Shown: piece after piece, positions 1-12,927 of the stretch
How the letters are laid out: each line of letters opens with the position of its first letter
Position numbering within the stretch: position 1 is the first letter of the stretch
Assembly (NCBI GenBank): GCA_905331295.1
Contig: CAJNYD010000047.1
Location: 62,001-126,000, forward strand
Direction: 5' to 3'
DNA: 64,000 nt
DNA from: Rotaria socialis
Lineage: Eukaryota
Made by a program: the position numbers and the translations under genes
The notes under the pieces: generated by a model
Databases searched by the model: none
Seen by the model: only the letters and a program-made list of their open reading frames with translations
Told to the model about the DNA's origin: nothing

Positions 1-411
1 TAATATAATGTCTTGCATTTTTAGAATTCCGCCTAACATTTTCCTGACAAAGAAAGCCTATTTCATGACGCGATCTATACACATATCACAGAATCACGCC
101 CTGAAGTGAATGCTACTGCTTCGTGAGCATCACACACATATCATTTATTTTTCGTGCGTAAACAAACTTCGTATTTTACTTTGCATAACCGTGTGAACTG
201 TTTATGATTGACTGACTTGTATGTGATTATAAATGCATTTATCTAACGAATATTTACTCATTTATTTTCATTCTAGTGGAGTGTATATACTCATTGAAGA
301 GGATCAGCTCACATATTTGTGGCATTTTTTATCTTGATTGTCATGCACGTGAGTTTCGTTGTTCGACATTTTCTATCCGTTCATCAGCGATTGATACTGC
401 TCTCTAGAGGG

Positions 412-465
412 TGTGAGTGTGGGTGTGGGTGTGGGTCTGGGCGTGGAGCTGGGCGTGGAGCTGGG
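412..465 (+). repeat. Short interstitial telomere-like hexamer array (TGTGAG, TGTGGG x3, then degenerate TCTGGG/CGTGGA/GCTGGG units)
   Basis: Read directly. A partial reverse complement (CACCCACACC) follows at ~488-497. TGTGGG is the reported telomeric unit of Adineta-type bdelloids. Confidence 0.55.
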
Positions 466-625
466 TGCATCTTTCCAGTTACATTCGCACCCACACCGGC
501 ACAATAGATTGGAAAGAAAATGTATTTGATCATATATCAACCGGAACCAGTCTTTTTCTTTCTAGGACATTTAGATAGTCACAACAATTGTTCTCATCGA
601 AAAGAATTCGATTTAACTGACAGTC

Positions 626-3600
626 ATGTCGGTATTTAAATTAAAACGCATTCCAACAACGGCAAGTCGAATAGATATATTGCCAGATGAATCGAGTTGC
701 CCAGAGACAACTTCGGCACAGACGGCTTCAACGAAAAGTAAATTCAACGTTCGAAAGCCCAGTCTTGGCGGTGCTCGTCGGCCAAACAACACCACCACCA
801 CAGACAATGGTTACAGTAGCGCCGTTCGTCGTAGCACTATTGCTTGGGGGACTATGTCTCAAACGCTGAATCTTCAAGTTGAACAATATAGACGTTCGTC
901 CGAATTAGCTGCTGCCCGCCCTAGATCAAATAGGGTAATTAAAGAACGACATGATCACATTACCACGGTGTTTGAGGATGCAAAAGATTCTGACGAGGCG
1001 GCATCGATAATTGTCCCAAGGAAGCCATCGTATCATCGCGCAAGTACAGCAGGTTCAATAGCCGAATTTGAAGAAGGGATAACGGGAGATGTATCATTGC
1101 TAAGAACGGACGTACACATCGTTCCGATAGCGACCCTTGTCGAACGATTTCATGCAAACTTGCAAAATGGTTTGAGTGATGCTATAGTCACAGAACATCG
1201 TGCTCAATACGGGAAGAACACATTAACACCACCGCCAAAACCGAGTTATCTCTGGATGCTTCTCAGACAGATGCTTGTCGGTTTTAATGGAATTTTATGG
1301 GTCGCTACTTTATTCGCTTTTCTAAGCTATGTAAGTCTTGCCTTAAGGAAGACGACCGACTAATTTTATTTTTCTAGGAACCATTCGGTGATCCCACTCC
1401 GGACAAAACTAATTTGGGTTTCGGAATCGTTCTCATCCTGGTTATCGTTTCGAATGCTCTATTCAATTTCTATCAAGAAATAAAATCACTCAAGATAGTT
1501 GCTTCATTTTCACACATGCAACCAACTATTACAATAGTGAAACGAAACGGTTTAGAAATGCAAATTAATGCCGAAGAACTTGTACCTGGAGACATTGTTC
1601 GCATGCGTATGGGCGAGAAAGTCCCAGCGGATTGTCGACTCATCACATGCGATGGTCTTCAGATGAATTCGTCGGAATTAACAGGAGAATCGGAACCAGT
1701 TCAGTGTGGTGTTAAATGTACAAGCCTCAATTTCATGGAATCAACCAATTTGGTTTTCTATTCTTCACTTATTGTACAAGGCAGCGCTGAGACAATTGTC
1801 GTCAATATAGGTGATGATACCGTACTTGGACAAGTGGGAGAATTGACACGAGGCACTGGCGGTGCTGAAATAACAGGACTATATCGCGAAATCAATCGTT
1901 TTGTAATGTTCGTTATAAGCGCTGCACTCACATCGGTTGTTCTCATTTGGATAACATGGGCAGCGTGGCTCAATGTCGCACAGAAAGGATATATCACTCT
2001 CAATGGTCAGTATGAAATGAAAGCAAAGTAATAAGTTCTAAGACTGTCTCAAACGGGAGAGAGGCCCAAATCCCACTAACTTCAAGTATTTTGTTCAGGG
2101 AAGCTGAAAACTTTTCTTTAGCCGATCTCAACAAAACAAAAAATTGGATGAGATTTCTTCTAATCAACGATATTGTGTCTGGATTTTCTTTACCTGAACA
2201 GAAAAAGCAGCGTGCGCGTGTGTGAAGTATTACTTCCTTTTGTCTAGATGGCACATTTTTTTTCTTTGTATACAGAGTGACAATACACTTAAAAATCAGT
2301 TAATAGAGGTAACGTTTTGCACAGTTGTCTCCTTTATCCACTGTGGTCATATGAAATTTCCATATGTCTGTGAAAAAGCTACGCCAACCGAAAATTGATT
2401 CAGCACCAGTATCTATTTTAGATTCAGGTAGACCAATTTAAAATATTGCAAACCTGAAAAATATCTTACACTGAAAATTCTATTTTTTAGAAAATCGACC
2501 TTAATTAAGATAAAGCACTTTCAAAATTTTATTATTCATACGTCGTGGAATTTTGAATGTTCAGAAAATGTTTGATTTTCCAAATAAAATAATTCCAATC
2601 AGTTTGTCTAGAAAAATTGTATTTAAAGAAATTGGAAAAATAACAATAATTTTATAGACAGTTGAAAATCATTTAAACAATGACTACTGTAGAGTCATTG
2701 TCCGATCATGCATATAAGTCAGTCGACAGTTGTAGCGAGGTGGTATACTATTTTTTTTCAAAAAACAGAACGACCTAGCCCATTTTGTGAGGGGCCTGCG
2801 AAAAATAAATTTTATATCGTTTTACTTTTAAGAGCCAAAAGCTACAGGAATCTTACTCCTTTTGCCCTTTTAGTAATATCAATCTCTTTAGCTCCTTTAA
2901 TGCCTTTAGTCCTTTTAGTCCTTTTAGTCCATTTAGTTCATTTGGTCCCTTTAGTTCTTGTAATGCCTTTTGCACCTTTAGTGTTAAAGGTACTAAAGGG
3001 ACTAAAGGTGCTAAAGGCACTACAGTGACTAAAAGAGCTATAGGGAATATAAGGAACTAAAAGAACTAAAGAAGGAAGATTCGTGTAGCTTTTAGAGCTT
3101 AAAAGTAAAACGATATAAAATTTATTTTTCGTGGACCCATGCATTTTGTACTGATAAACACGTGATGGTGATTTATTTCTTATGGTTTACAATAGTATTA
3201 GAAATAGAATTTTCTGAATGTAAAATATATATTTGTAAACTTTCATATTTTACAAACTATATTTGGGGTGTTACGTAATATTTTTATATTCAAAATTGAG
3301 CATCGTATTTTGAGTCTTTTTTCAGATTACAGTTTTTAAATCGTTAAATTTTTTTCTCACCATTGGGCCCTAAAGGGGTATTTTCTAGAAAAGTCCACAT
3401 GAATCCATGCACTTTCGATTTTCTATTTAGAAAATAGAATTTTTTATACCTACCTTCTAGAATGTCTTATTATTGAAAAAGTAGAAATTCGTCGATGACT
3501 TCGTGTGGACTTTCCTACAATATATTTTAGTTTACAGTGTATATTGTAAAAGAACCTCCATAAATATAATATGTCAACTTAACAAATAGGAAAAATCTGT

Positions 3601-6600
3601 TATCAGACTTCACTGTTTTTATTATTTCATAAATTAATCGCAAAACTGCACATCTCGCTGTGATTTCTAAGTCGAGGTTTTCAGTATTTTCGGTAATGAG
3701 GCGAAAAGTACCCATAGACAAAATACCAAGATTGCTATATTACTGTCGATACGAAATAGTAGATATCAAGAACTTGTTATTGACAACAGATCAGAATCTT
3801 GCGCTGTTTTTCGAGCTTTAAATAAGAAGAAGTGTAAACCAATCGTTCAATATTACAACCAGCGACTTGTTGATGTGCGTAGATAATTCACATTTCTAGA
3901 ATTATAGAGCTGATATTTCTGTGTCAAGCGAGATACTTGCATTCATTATAGTACAAAATTCGTAAAATGTCTTTTAAATAGAGCAATATTCTATTGCTGT
4001 CGCGTAAAAACAAATGGTACGCCTTTTAAACAAAATGCTGAAGACCATTGTCATCATTTTTCTGCTCTTCGAATTGAACTCAAATTCTTAGATAAAGGTC
4101 AGTGAAACAGTCAGATTTTGGCTTGATCTGGTCACACCAATGAAATGATTCTAACTTTATCAGAATCGCTCTGATTTTCATGGCATCTCAGAACAGCTAT
4201 AGTCTTTTGAATGAATGGAAGTATTTTTCTAGCACTGCCACTGTGAAGTAGGATATATTCCAAGTTAATGTCGAACGTATCCGTTCAATCAGGTGAAAGC
4301 TGAGGTCGTTTCATTCATTTTATTCGTAATCAAGACAAATAAAAACCCGGCGTCTTTGCTGATCTTTGTTAAGTAATATTAGTTGAACATGACGAACAGC
4401 AGGAGATAATGATATGTGATTTTCGTCATTCGAAAAAAAGACGTACTGACCGTTATCTCTCTGAATCGCACTATCATTCGATAGAGAAAATCAAATTCTG
4501 TCAATCAGCCTGTTAGCTTGTTGGATGGTGCAATGAATCAAAATTGAATTCGGAAGAGTCAATTTGTACGGTTAGAAAAATTTATTAGAAGTAATTTGAA
4601 TCATTTTTCATAGGGGGCAATATTCAAACAGCTAGTTTTTATCGATTTCTTTAGTGAAAAAATTATTCATGCTTAATTCAAATTGAAAAAAAAACAAGAG
4701 CATCATGTTTTTCACTCAATATTTTGCCAATATTTGCTTTCTAAAAAAGTGCACTCAAACAGGTATTTTCTATTCACTTCAGTATTTCGACAATTCCATC
4801 GATTCTGCGCCAGAGAAATCATTATGGCACAGAAAATATAGTTTCGACATCTACGGTAAAATGGAAAGAATGAGTGTCGTACTGTCTTAAGCGTAGACTA
4901 TTTTGTGATCCTTATAACAGTGAATTCACAAAATCAGAGGTAGCTCTCTGATTATTCTTGAAAATATTCGAAGTAAATATATTTTTCTCACATAGGCAAT
5001 ATTACCAATTCGATTGGAATGGTCGTCGCCTATATTCCCGAAGGTTTACCAGTCGCTGTCACTCTCGTATTGAGTATTGTGGCCAAGAGAATGTACAAAC
5101 AAAAAATACTTGTCAAAAGTTTGGCTACCGTCGAAACATTTAACACCGTTTCTGTAAGTATCTGAATGTATCTCAATTTTTGTTTGATCTTTTCTGTTTC
5201 TCTGAATAAGATCATCGCTACCGACAAAACTGGTACATTAACCATGAATCAAATGACAATTACAGCAATTTTATGGGGTCGTATGGGTGAATACTTGGTT
5301 CCGATTCACGTTAACGAAGATAAGACGGTAGAGACAGAAGAACGTGCTACTAATAGTAGTCGACCATCTTTCACTGTTAAAAGCGAATCTAACACAATGA
5401 ATGACTTGGTCCTCGGTGCTTGCCTCTGTAATAATGCTACAAAGCAATCGTCTTCGTCTGATAACGAAGATGGTTCTGAAAATCCAGCTATGGAGACGAA
5501 CCATGAGGAGTCCTCAGAACATACCACCAAGTTGGTGGGAGATGCAGCTGACGTTGCACTCTATCGCCTTTGCCAGGACACACTTGCGATCAATATTGAA
5601 CATGTACGAGTAGTCAATCCACGTATCAATGCTGTGCCGTTCAATTCAAAGAATAAGTTCATGCTGACAGCCAATCTTCTCGAAAAAACCGAAATGAATA
5701 CTAATGAGAATGTTCTCATTACACTGAAAGGTGCCCCCGATTTTATTCTATCTCGGTGTTCAACCTATAGAGATGATCAGAGTAATAGTGAGATGCCAAT
5801 CACCACTGAGTTTAAAGAGTCGATTCAGCGGCGACAAGAAAAACTAGGCAGATCTGGTTATCGAGTCATCGCCATGGTTCAGCAAATAATTAGTAAAGAT
5901 AAATACGATGCCAACATAAACGAATACAAGAAGGCCAAGAAAGAGGAACGACTAACATCTGACGAGCCCGATCTCAATGGATTGCCACATAACCAGTATT
6001 GCTTCATCGGTGAGTGTCAATTTCATTTATTTCTACCAGACATCATGCATCATACTATAGGTATGTTCTCTCTACTTGATCCGGCCCGCCCCGAAGTGCC
6101 CGGTGCGGTACTAAAAGCATTTCAGGCACAGATTCGTGTGGCTATGGTCACTGGGGATCATCCAATAACAGCAGCTGCCATCGCAAAAAAAGTCAATATT
6201 CTCTCACAAGAAATTAGTATCAATGGTGGCATTGACACATTTCGAATTGAACAAGATAATGAAAAAGGTCAAACATTAGCTTATCTCATGCGCAACACAA
6301 CTATACCCCTCGAAACACATGTTATCGGTGAACTAACTACCAATGTCGAAGCCACGTGTATGAAAACGCTTGATATGAGCGCAAATGTGGCAAACAAAAA
6401 GAAGAGAAGGAACATGAAACCGAATATTTGCAAGCGAATACTGAAACGAATTCAATTCTATTTCAAGGATCCTAATGAAGTCAAAATTGCTGAGAAGTTA
6501 GAAATAATCCCATACGGAGTCGTCGTGACTGGTGGTGATATTCCTTCGATGGATGTAAGTGATAATAATATACGCACTCTAGTTTATCTTTCTAGTCCTA

Positions 6601-8864
6601 CAGGATTACATGTGGGATTGGGTTTTGTCACACAAAGAGCTTGTCTTTGCACGAACATCGCCCGAACAAAAGCTGCGTATTGTCATGGAGCTATCGAAGA
6701 GAGGCGAAGTAGTGGCAGTTACGGGTGATGGAACCAATGATGCACCGGCACTCAAACAAGCCGATCTCGGCGTAGCGATGGCTGCTGGAACTGATGTGGC
6801 CAAAGAGGCAGGTGATATGATCTTGCTCGATAACAATTTTTCGTCGATTATAAAAGCTATTGAAACGGGTCGATTGTTAAGCGACAATCTAAAAAAGGTG
6901 GCCATCTACCTACTACCAGGAGGTAAGCTATATATGATGTTCAGCTAGTAAAATATATTTCGGTATAATAATTTATTCGGTCTTAAGAATCTTTCGGATG
7001 TCAATGACTCTTATTGCATTACTTGCTTTAGCTTGAATTTTAAATCGATGCCCACGAACCTCGTAAATCGAATGAAACGTAAGAAACGTGTGTCTTAACA
7101 TCACTTCGTATCAGATCTCAGAACCATGCCCACCCCCTCCCACACACACACACCACACTTGAATTCATTATGGTAATGCAATGCAGAGTGCCTGCATTTC
7201 AAAATAAAGCTAAAATTTGAAACGAGTTATCTTATGCCTTATTTGGATTAAGTTCATCAAAAAATAATGAAAGATATGAGTTTTATTATTGTTAACTTAA
7301 TTTTCAGAGATAAGTAATCGAGAACATCGACACTACAAGAATGCCCACTAAATTCGTAGCTTATCGTTCACTTCATCATTCGAAAATATCTCATTCTGAT
7401 CCCTTAGGAGAAAATAGATTGAAAATAAAATAAAGCATGAGGTGACCAACTATTAACAGAATATAGCCATAATTGTTATCATGACTGAGAAGTCCCTTCA
7501 AAATATACTAAATTTCTGTCAGCGCACAGTTGAGTGCAGTTTTGACTCGGAGCAGCATCGCTGTACTCCTGTAGCATAATCATGAGCGGTAAAAACTTTT
7601 ATCTGGCACTGGTGTCCTCTCTAAAAAAAATGTCTTTAGATTCATGTAGACTGATAGAGCCATGTTATTAATCACCTGTTTCATTTAACAATTCAATTAA
7701 GGCAATAAGAAACTAAGAGTCGCCTAGTCATTTAGGCACAAAGCGAATGGTTTGGACGAGTACCAACATTTTTAACTGGTTGCCAAAATTTTGCCTTTCT
7801 TCTTCACATACCATTTTATATAAAAATTATCGTTTTATTTTTTATGGATTCTTCAGACATTAGATGCGCAGCTCTCCAATAAGATACTGCATTCGTCTAA
7901 AAATTTGGAAAAATTACATTCCACTCCCATCATCTTACTACACAGCTGATTTACAACAATAAAGTATCTTAAAGATTAATGTCTCTAACAATAAGTTGAC
8001 CACTATGTTATGTTTTACCCCTAATAAAAAGAAATATTAAACTATTGAACTGCACACATGGTGCATGGTTTTTCTTTGCTATCATTCGTCGATAGGTTCC
8101 TGGTCTGAAGTGATGCCGGTTTACTTTAACATCTGGCTTGGTATTCCTTTATCATTATCGGCGTTTTTGGCCATCATCTTCTGTATGCTAAACGATGTTG
8201 TCAATTCATTGGCGATGGTCTCCGAAAAAGCTGAACGAGATATTATGTCACGACCTCCGGCAATTCGTGACAAGACTCATTTACTAGATTGGAAATTACT
8301 CTTCCATGCCTATCTCATTGTAGGTAATATTGAATGCTTCTCTGCATACTTTTGCTTCTTCTGGTACTATTCAGTGCAAGGTAAAATTGAGCAATAACAA
8401 TTTCACGCATGAATCAATAAGAGTATCATTTAGGCATTCCTCTTAGCAGCATTTTTTTTACGTATTCGCATTATGGTACAGATCCTTACATAGCCAAAAT
8501 TTCAGATGATCTACTGCTTATTCGACAAAAGGGACAATGTATTTATTATGTTGCTTTGTGCATCATGCAATTTTTCAATTTACTCTCTTCACGAACACGA
8601 TACGTTTCATTCTTCAGTCATAATCCACTGTTTGGCAACGCACGTAATTTAACCATCCCATGTGGCATCCTTTTTTCAACAAGCGTCGGTTTAGTACTGA
8701 CATTGATACCGTGGTTTAATTCAGTATTCAAAACTCATCCTGTACCTGTTCGATTTGTCTGCCCTGCAATAGGCTTTGGTGCAGCCCTATTTCTATTCGA
8801 TGAGTGAAGAAAATTGCTGGTACGACGATTTCCCAATTCTTTTATTCCCAAGATGGCTTGGTAA
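626..8864 (+). CDS. P-type cation-transporting ATPase (type II, Na/K-ATPase-related, fungal ACU-like), 8 coding exons, with an in-frame TGA at 8805-8807
   Basis: Exons ~626-1330, 1378-2005, 4996-5153, 5211-6009, 6061-6554, 6604-6922, 8096-8380, 8434-8864, all joined in frame by GT-AG introns. Motifs: LTGES (A domain), VAYIPEGLP (TM4), DKTGTLT (phosphorylation site), [45 protein letters not shown]-terminus reads [23 protein letters not shown]. Confidence 0.92.
2789..3141. mobile_element. Non-autonomous foldback/MITE (hAT-like) in ATPase intron 2
   Basis: ~55-bp near-perfect inverted arms (2799-2854 vs 3076-3131). Internal 9-bp tandem units CCTTTTAGT are mirrored by ACTAAAAGG/ACTAAAGG. An 8-bp direct repeat CATTTTGT flanks it (2781-2788, 3142-3149). 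Confidence 0.85.
3386..3517. mobile_element. Small degenerate inverted-repeat element (MITE remnant)
   Basis: Left end TAGAAAAGTCCACATGAA matches the reverse complement of the right end (TAGGAAAGTCCACACGAA). TA at both ends. Confidence 0.5.
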
Positions 8865-9724
8865 AGACAGAAAGACACCTTTTTTTCTTATTCTCAAAAA
8901 CGTTTTGTCACTTACTTTATTAATTTAATATTCAAGCTACCAAACATAAATTCTGTAGAAAATTATCTTGTCCATGTGATCAAATCAGTATGAGTGATAA
9001 AACTGCCAATATGTTGATTTCATCTAAAATGAAGGAATCATCAGTTAGTTTAAATGACTGTACTGATCTCTCAGGAGTGCCGAGAACGGGTAAAAAGGCG
9101 AATCCTCGTCTTATTCAGGATCATATAGCTTTTATAATATATCAATAAAGAATATTTCAATTAGCATAATTAAAATAATATGTAGCTCTCAATAAATTAA
9201 ATTTAAAATAGACTTATGATTGAATACAACAGACTTATGCTGCATTTTTTATTTTCAATTAAAACTGGTGGTGCGGGTGTGGATACTTACACGTTGATTC
9301 GAACAGCATACACGGTGTGAATGTATCTTTTTTTCAACTACACAGACACCAACACCCAGACCATCTTATCCACATCGATAGATAAAATACTATCATATGT
9401 TGATTCTCCATTCATACGATTATTAGTATAATTACTCTTTATCGTGTATTTTGTCTGTATCATATAGTATCATATTTCACAATGTTATATTATTATATGT
9501 CGTTAGCGTTGATGCTCACTTATATGAAGCTGCTAAGAGTGTATATGTATGTACGATTGTATGTTGTGAAGGAAACGAATAAAGTTTAATAACATCTGCA
9601 CTAATATTCCTTCTATCAGAAATCATTACATAGTTAAAGAAATAAGAAGAAAAAAATAGTAGAAGATATCTGAGGTGCGGTTTGTGAGAAGCGTCGAAGA
9701 GATAATTCACAAACCATCAATCAT

Positions 9725-10332
9725 TTATAAACATGAGTTAAAAATCATAGCCACACTGTTATCGTCGCCATTGGTCACAACCAAATCCCACTTGAAATCA
9801 TTTCTAAAAGCACCTCCTGTTACAGATAGAGGGTATGCGCCAACTGTATAGCCTATTTGGTTTTGAAACGTTCCATCTTCATTTCCAAGTAGTACACCGA
9901 TCGTGCTATCATCGAAGCTGTTAGTCACTGCTAGATCTAACTTACTACCATGATTGAAATCACCTGCTGTGATAGATACTGGATAAACACCAGCAGAATA
10001 CTTTGTTTGCCTTTGGAATGTTCCATCTCCATTGCCAAGTAGCATGACGATATTGTTATCATCGTAGTTAACCAATGCGAGATCCAGCTTACCATCACCA
10101 TGGAAATCATCAGCAATGATAGATATTGGCAAAGAACCAACTGGATACGTTGCTTGACTATTGAAGCTTCCATCTCCACGGCTAAATAGCAAACTGATAG
10201 CGTTGTCAACTGCGTTGGTCACTGTTAGCTTTAGTTTGACATCGTTGTTGAAATCACCTGTTGTAATATATTCTGGGAAGGGGCCTGTCAAATATCTATT
10301 GGGTAGACCATATGGTGTTTGACAGACAATTT
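9725..10332 (-). CDS. FG-GAP/VCBS-type repeat protein (terminal exon; 5' exons unclear or decayed)
   Basis: About four repeats of GDFNxDGKLDLAVxN...V.LLGNGDGTFQ.Q..Y..G..P.S. Splice acceptor TTTATAG at 10333. A hydrophobic upstream exon-like segment (~10533-10625, VCTVSVFLVLNFVIAAPS) does not splice cleanly in frame. Confidence 0.75.
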
Positions 10333-12927
10333 CTATAAATAGAAAGAAACAGTGAAACATATGTAATTAAGTGCATTGGCTAGTTTCATTGTAATGTTGT
10401 ACGATGAAGAAAAAAACTGTCGAAAGAATGGATGCAAGAAAGGTCTATTTTGTGCTCTCTCAAATAGAGTTTTAGCTTATAGAAAAAATTCTATGATACA
10501 ATAGGCTGTAGATGTATTAGTTTAAACCTTACAGAATTGTTCATTTTCTCTGGTAGTAATGGTTTTTCGGTTACTCGGTGCAGCAATGACGAAATTTAAC
10601 ACGAGAAATACACTAACTGTACAGACTATTCAAAAAACAAATTGATACCAGTGATGGCAATGCAACGACAATACCATCATTTGTGTTGTATATTATGTTT
10701 ATTGACATACTCACTGTATATTTGATGGGCATACATATTATGATCTTTACGAGAATCAAATTCACAAAAGAATGAATCGACTATTGTTTGCAACTACCTA
10801 ATATGTCTATTATTTTCACAAGAATAGCATAAGATAAGTAATATTATTTTTAGCGCCGAAGTAAATGAATATTCGTACCTTTATATTATAAACTTAACAT
10901 GCCCGTAATACATTGCAAATTTATGCTCTATTTTTATTTGAATCTTAAACAATGTTCTACTTTTAATGCTATTCTTTTCAATAGATATTATAATAGTAGC
11001 TGCCATTGTCTTTTGTATGCGTAAGGAAACATTGAATGTATTGCTTGGTCGTTTACAAGCAAACCTCTATATATAATATATGCTATTTTTATCAACTAAC
11101 GAAGATAAGTTTCAGCCAATAATGTTTCTACTATAATGAATACTGTATCTATATATTCTTCATTCATTAGCGGTAGACGATAAGTTTAAATTTTGAAACA
11201 TGAATCATATAGTGCTTTCGTCAAAGTAATTTTGATCAGAAATAGATCTAATTCATATTTTCCAAAACTTAGATTGAAGTCGATTTGTCTTATTCTTAAT
11301 TATTCTCATTTAAACTCTTGCTCGTATATCAAAAGATTCTCACTATTAGGAATTCTCTCCCTCAGAAAAAGACCACATTAAATGTTTAATCAATTAACAA
11401 ATTCAATATTAATTAAACTTTTCTCGAATATTTATCAGCTTAGATGTCAGATTGAAGGCTGGTTTGACTCTTTGCCAATTAGAGAGACTCTATCAATTCA
11501 GTGTTTTACTTTTAGAAAAGAATGCAAGTGAAATAAATAGGACAATTCTTGAAAATCTAGGCCAAAATATATGACTAACACTCATAAAAAAATTAATAGA
11601 AAAAATAAACCGAATATGAGCTACACAGGACGTCTCTTACGTGTGACAAAAAACTGTTTATTTGTTCTCTTATCATACACCTTTGATAAATAAAATCTAG
11701 AATTTGAACTCATTTCATTTGCTAATGTACGTAATAATGATGCAATAAAAAGCGATTACGTGTTTTCTCAAACTATGAAATGTACTAAATTTTAAAAATA
11801 TTGAGAAGTATCTAAATCTTTTTATATCATAATATTATTTTAGTTAATTTTAAAATTCAATTATAATAATTATAAATTAAGCGAAGATAATTTAATTGTT
11901 AGATGAATCTACGGCGATTTTGCAGTATGAAAAAAATCTAATTTCTTTTCTGCATAAACGATTCTTTTAAATTCAGCGATTTAATCCTCGTTGCTAAAAG
12001 CCAAAAATGATAAGATTCTCTTCATTTATTTTAATTATTTTTTTTGTAAAATAATCACGCTTTCGTGAAAGATAAATAACATCTTAGAATGGTTATGAGC
12101 GTGTAGATGATGATCTCTCGATCATATGTTCGAATCTACTCTTTATCCTTATATATTTCCATTTATACTTGTCCCACCTCATGGCATGGCGGTCAAATAG
12201 TCGAACCAGTCGCGGGTGCGTTGATTTTGAGACAAAGATTAGTCATTTAACTCGTCTGTTTCTCACTTGAGTAGCACAATAGAAAAGGCTTCACAGGAAC
12301 ATAAAATATGATTCTAAAAACCGAGGAGGTCTTTAAAATTCAAGGAATTTGAAATATTTTTAACATTGGCAAATATGAAACAATTAATATAGTACGCACA
12401 ATAACTTTATGAGATACATAGTGAATTCATTTTCAAACTTTTACAACTCCCATCATGATTTATGATACACGTAAACATTAACGACTAGCGAATGATTTTG
12501 AGGATATACATTATGTAATTGAGAATAATTTCATATTACTTGTCAGCTACATACTTCAACAAAGTTGACCATAAGGTATAGTATAAAATTAAAACCAATG
12601 TAGAAAAAATTGCTTAAATATAGATTAGATTCAGCATTTTACAATATGGTAGAATCTTTGATACGTGATCAATATAGTTACGTTTAAAGTTATTGAAAAT
12701 TGCATTAATCAAAACTGATACTTTCGATGTGTATGTTTTCATTGACAAGTTTTTGATTGATGAAACAAAAGCAAATACTTCAGATTTTTCAAAGGTGATA
12801 GTTCATTCAATTTTTCTGTTTATTGACAGATATTAGTATTAAACCATTGGCACTACATTTGTGGCAATACCCAATGGCTTCAATAATAGACAAAAAGAAA
12901 ATTATGAAAATGCTTATTTATGATTTA

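Noticed and set aside
319..507. 62-aa ORF with CECGCGCG (metallothionein-like look)
   Set aside because: It is the translation of the TGTGGG repeat and has a non-ATG start.
2708..3144. ORFs 2708-3028 (+) and 2938-3144 (-)
   Set aside because: Artefacts of the 9-bp repeats in the intronic foldback element.
3520..4900. Possible decayed transposase/RT coding sequence in ATPase intron 2 (also 7000-8000)
   Set aside because: No recognisable motif or sustained reading frame by eye.
8865..9100. SECIS element that would explain the ATPase TGA
   Set aside because: ATGA motifs and a weak hairpin are present, but the AUGA/AA/GA spacing does not fit SECIS geometry.
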